DNA of 64,000 nt, from assembly GCA_963675595.2 (NCBI GenBank), contig CAXXLZ010000002.1, positions 672,001 to 736,000 on the forward strand, read 5' to 3'. Both the position numbers and the translations under genes were made by a program. How positions within the stretch are numbered: position 1 is the first letter of the stretch; each line of letters opens with the position of its first letter. The DNA comes from Thermodesulfobacteriota bacterium (GTDB lineage Bacteria; Desulfobacterota; Desulfarculia; JACQYL01). A model generated the notes under the pieces. That model searched no databases. It was given only the letters and a program-made list of their open reading frames with translations, and was not told the DNA's origin. This document shows, in pieces, positions 60,600 to 64,000 of this stretch.

Positions 60600-62068
60600 T
60601 AACGCCTGTGCGCCTTTCTCCTCGACACCAGCATCACCGCTCCAACCCCGCAGAGGACGATCAGTGTCAGCATGCCCCAGGGCGAGAGAACAGGAACCGT
60701 GGTGATCTCCTGTTTTTCCTTTTCAACTGGGTTGATTCCGTTGTGAAAGATGCAAGCCACCGTCTCATCCTCGTCAAAATGAATGGTGGCGGTGCGCGTG
60801 GAGATATCCACGGTGGAAGGGGTGCCCGTCAAATCGCTGTCCACGCAAACCAGGTTGAGCAGTCGGTAGCCAAGACCTGTTGGGTCTACTTCGGTTACGG
60901 TGTAGGTCCCTTCCGCGACGTTGCCGAAGGATTGGAACCCGGCGTGATCCAGAGTGAAACCGGCCGACCCGCCCAAAATGTTGTGGGTAAACTGGAAGCC
61001 TGTACCGCCGAACGGCACGGTTGTCTTGGAAATAATGATCATGCCGGGCTGCGCATTGGTGAAGGCGCACGCGACCGTCTCACCCGGATCCAGGTGGATG
61101 GTGGCCGTTCGGCTCGGGATATCGGACGTGGAAGGGGTGCCCGTCAGGTCGCTGTCCAGACAGATCAGAGCGGACAGGCTGTAATTGAGACCGGAAGGAT
61201 CGTCCTCGGTCACGGTGTACGTGCCTTCGGCGACATTGGTGAAGGTTTGTGACTCGCCGTGATCCAGGTCAAAAGTGGCCGGACCGCCCGGTATGTTGTC
61301 GGCAAAACTGAAGCCCGTGCCACCGACCGGGGCGGTTACCTTGGAGATGATGATGGTGCTGAGCTGCCTGTTGGTGAAGGCGCAGGTGACGGTCTCACCC
61401 GGATCGAGGTTGATGGTGGCCGTTCGGCTGGGGATATCGAAGGTGGAAGGGGTACCCGTCAGGTCGGTGTCCACGCAGACCAGAGCGGCCAGGCTGTAAC
61501 CAAGCCCGGAAGGATCGTCTTCACTGACGGTGTACGTGCCGTCGGCCACGTTGGTGAAGGTTCGTGAGCCGCTGTGATCCAGCGAAAAAGTGGCCGGGCC
61601 GCCCGGTATGTCGTCGGTAAAGCCGAAGCCCGTGCCCCCCACCGGGACGGTTGCCTTGGTGATGGTGATTGAGCTGAGTTGCCTGTTGGTGAAGGTGCAG
61701 TCAACGGTCTCATTCGCGTCCAGGTTGATGGTGGCGGTACGGGTCTGGACATCAATCGTGGAAGGAGTTCCCGATAGATCGGTGTCCGTGCAGACCAGGA
61801 GACCCAGACTGTAGCCGATACCGGAAGGATCGTTTTCAGTCACGGTGTACGTGCCGGTGGGAATGTTGCTGAAGGTTCGTGAGCCGCCGTGATCCAAATC
61901 AAAAGAGGCCGGGCCGCCCGGTATGTTGTCGGTAAAGCCGAAGCCCGTGCCCCCGAGCGGGACGGTTGCCTTATTGATGACGATGAAGCCCGTGCCGGGC
62001 TGGCTATAAACGGTAAACGGCGCCAGCATGAACAGAATAAAGCCCATCCAAGGGATGATCTTCTTCAT
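60599..62068 (-). CDS. IPTL-CTERM sorted surface protein with four prealbumin/CnaB-like repeats
   Basis: SD GAGGGG; signal peptide MKKIIPW; four ~105-aa repeats; C-terminal VPVLSPWGMLTLIVLCGVGAVMLVSRRK. Confidence 0.88.
   Translation of the reverse strand: MKKIIPWMGFILFMLAPFTVYSQPGTGFIVINKATVPLGGTGFGFTDNIPGGPASFDLDHGGSRTFSNIPTGTYTVTENDPSGIGYSLGLLVCTDTDLSGTPSTIDVQTRTATINLDANETVDCTFTNRQLSSITITKATVPVGGTGFGFTDDIPGGPATFSLDHSGSRTFTNVADGTYTVSEDDPSGLGYSLAALVCVDTDLTGTPSTFDIPSRTATINLDPGETVTCAFTNRQLSTIIISKVTAPVGGTGFSFADNIPGGPATFDLDHGESQTFTNVAEGTYTVTEDDPSGLNYSLSALICLDSDLTGTPSTSDIPSRTATIHLDPGETVACAFTNAQPGMIIISKTTVPFGGTGFQFTHNILGGSAGFTLDHAGFQSFGNVAEGTYTVTEVDPTGLGYRLLNLVCVDSDLTGTPSTVDISTRTATIHFDEDETVACIFHNGINPVEKEKQEITTVPVLSPWGMLTLIVLCGVGAVMLVSRRKAHRR
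60740..62000 (-). repeat. Four tandem 315-bp intragenic repeats (boundaries approximate)
   Basis: GTGATCCA anchor recurs with a 315-bp period near 60944, 61259, 61574 and 61889. Confidence 0.85.
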
Positions 62069-63130
62069 TGTTGTCCCCTCTTTCGGCTCTCGGATACTGA
62101 AATGCACCGGACAATGCGGCCGGCATCCGATTGCTCTTTTTTCCGCAGGGTTTCCGATTGGGGCCGGGCGACGACGGCTCGCATCCGGTTGTTTGGACAA
62201 AGGCTGAAAGAAAGTGTTCACAACCCCGCGTTGCTTTTCCATGTGCCGACTGTATTCCACGCAGAGAAATCCATCTTCATTATTGAGCGGATGGTATAGC
62301 TTAGGCTCGAAACACGGATGTCCTTTGGAGAAACTCGTCAAGAACTCCATCTATTCTCCAAAGAAGCGACCTTATCTCCGATTTCAAGTCCTTGTCCAAG
62401 TCGATAGTATCACCGGTCGAGGCCTCATCTTTCCCGAATGATGCGGTGACTTTCTCGGACAACGGCTCCCTATGACCTTCCTGCCCGCTCTTGACGGCCT
62501 TGCTTTGATTGAAGGCTTGGGAGGAACAACCAATCAAACCCATGCCCATGCGATCTTCAAACCTGTCTGGAACCCTTTTCCTATCGTTTTTTACAATACC
62601 CCTCTCGTCGAATTCATGCAATCCCCTTTAGAAAGAACGCACCCTTTATGCCGTCCATCGAGTACTAGCCGGTTGCCGCGTCTCCATGGGAGAGCGGAAG
62701 CTACACGCACAGGCCGTCGTTTGCATAATCCCTGTTTTGATCCGGGAGACAATCTACCTGTTTATCCAGAGTTTCGGCTTTTGGTAGGCTTTCACGGGGT
62801 GGGACTTTCGGGAAAGTCCTACCCCGCCCCGTGTCACAGACTGATAGGAATCAGTGAGAAACAACTCAATCGACAAAGAACACAGTTGCTCCCAAAGCAC
62901 GTTGGACAGGCCTCGCAGGCTTCGGCGGAGAGGCTGATGAAGAAAGCGGGTTTCCTCCCTCATTCCCGGCGGCCCTTACATCTGCCGAATCGGCAAATAT
63001 GCCCCCAAGTTCGTTTTCGTCCCGTTGGAGACGGAGCCGATCAGGGCATTCCTAAGGTGCGACGCTTTCGTGGAAAAACCGATGACTGTAAACCTGGAGG
63101 CTTTTACAGAGAGAGCCCCTGCCCCTCTTT

Positions 63131-64000
63131 TCACATTCCGCGAAACTCGGGTTTGTAGTCCGGAACCTTTCGCTCCGCAATCTGGAAGACCACCATGTGA
63201 GGCCGGTAGCGGTCTACCAGGTCCTTCATGGTCGCTACCTGTTGCCAGGTGAGATCCGTGTATATGCACCGGCCAAAGGATTGATTGAAAAGGTGGGTCA
63301 GCGGGGTCAGGAAGGAATCCCGTAAGAAGACCACCTTGAAGTTATTGAGGCTCCGGGTGCCGGCGACATCCGCGCTCAGGGTTCGGAGCACCCTTTTCTT
63401 CGGATCTTCCCATAAGAACTTCGGCGGCGCTTGGTCCCCGATTTCATAGGCCCGCACCGGGTTGAAAGGCTGTTGGTAGTGGATAAATACTTTGTGGTCC
63501 CGAACAGATCCCTCAATTCCCGCCATTTTGGATAGATCGCCCGGGAAAACGCAGTGCTTTATGGTGAATGTTTCCATCTCAAGGGTATTCAGCGGACCCA
63601 GGAACGGTTCCAGGCCCTTCATGATGTGCCGGTAGGCGATATAGGCGCCCAGATCGGTCCAGTGCGTATCGGTCTTTCGGTAAAGCCCCTCACCGTAGTC
63701 CTTTTTGGCGGCCGCCAGGATGGGACGGAGGTCCAGAGTCGTTACTCCGTTTTCCGCCATAAGTTCGACGGCCCGGTCCGCAGCCGACGACGGGCACGTC
63801 AGGGAAACCCACTGGGGAAGGAGCTCCGGGTAGATGGTGTGCTTGTCCGGCGTGACCACCACCAAGTACCCGATCCCTTTGCGAGCGAGCCATTTCGCGT
63901 CTTCCCTTCTTTCCTCCACAAAACGACGTATGATCTCCTCTGAAACCGTTTTCCGCCCGCAGTGTTTGGAGAACACATGCTCGTATTGATCCCCCAGAAA
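63131..64000 (-). CDS. AlgJ/AlgX-family polysaccharide O-acetyltransferase-like protein, 5' end outside the window
   Basis: PDKHTIYPELLP, YRKTDTHWT..GAY, GDL and RDSF motifs; frame open to the window edge. Confidence 0.85.
   Translation of the reverse strand, partial: FLGDQYEHVFSKHCGRKTVSEEIIRRFVEERREDAKWLARKGIGYLVVVTPDKHTIYPELLPQWVSLTCPSSAADRAVELMAENGVTTLDLRPILAAAKKDYGEGLYRKTDTHWTDLGAYIAYRHIMKGLEPFLGPLNTLEMETFTIKHCVFPGDLSKMAGIEGSVRDHKVFIHYQQPFNPVRAYEIGDQAPPKFLWEDPKKRVLRTLSADVAGTRSLNNFKVVFLRDSFLTPLTHLFNQSFGRCIYTDLTWQQVATMKDLVDRYRPHMVVFQIAERKVPDYKPEFRGM

Noticed and set aside
60740-62000. Tandem repeats as a CRISPR-like array
   Set aside because: The 315-bp in-frame units are coding domains; no short repeat-spacer structure or cas genes.
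62301-62621. 106-aa minus-strand ORF in the 1-kb intergenic region
   Set aside because: Poorly placed TTG start and no recognisable family; cannot be supported without homology evidence.

Overview
A 64 kb GC-rich bacterial window. Gene content (AOR, sigma54 activator, short Cache-MCP, hybrid kinases, PEP-/IPTL-CTERM proteins) suggests a Desulfobacterota/deltaproteobacterial anaerobe (inference). In order: (i) a sigma54-controlled minus-strand cluster of a HAAT/Liv-type ABC transporter, Fe-alcohol dehydrogenase and aldehyde:ferredoxin oxidoreductase, with a clear -24/-12 promoter and candidate enhancer palindromes; (ii) signalling and stress genes (hybrid kinases, EAL-HDOD, C-N hydrolase, DUF2225-like, Hsp20, HAD, MCP, CheR, NTPase, MsrAB); (iii) an uncharacterised trio of a 62-aa protein and two atypical V4R-like proteins directly after the chemoreceptor; (iv) a divergent six-gene envelope cluster (TPR+CsgG-like, YcfL-like, LpoB-like, FlgT-like, LPP20-like, HxCGCY lipoprotein), followed by a PEP-CTERM-type protein with thioester-domain motifs; (v) an IS1182-like element beside a truncated gene, small lipoproteins, IorAB-type molybdoenzyme genes and a beta-propeller hybrid kinase pair; (vi) a complete group II intron inserted antisense between the RBS and ATG of an AraC regulator; (vii) an IPTL-CTERM protein with four CnaB-like repeats and a partial AlgJ/AlgX-like gene. 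Several small MITE/REP-like repeat families are dispersed throughout. No rRNA, tRNA or CRISPR array was seen. All family calls are by-eye motif recognition, not database searches.
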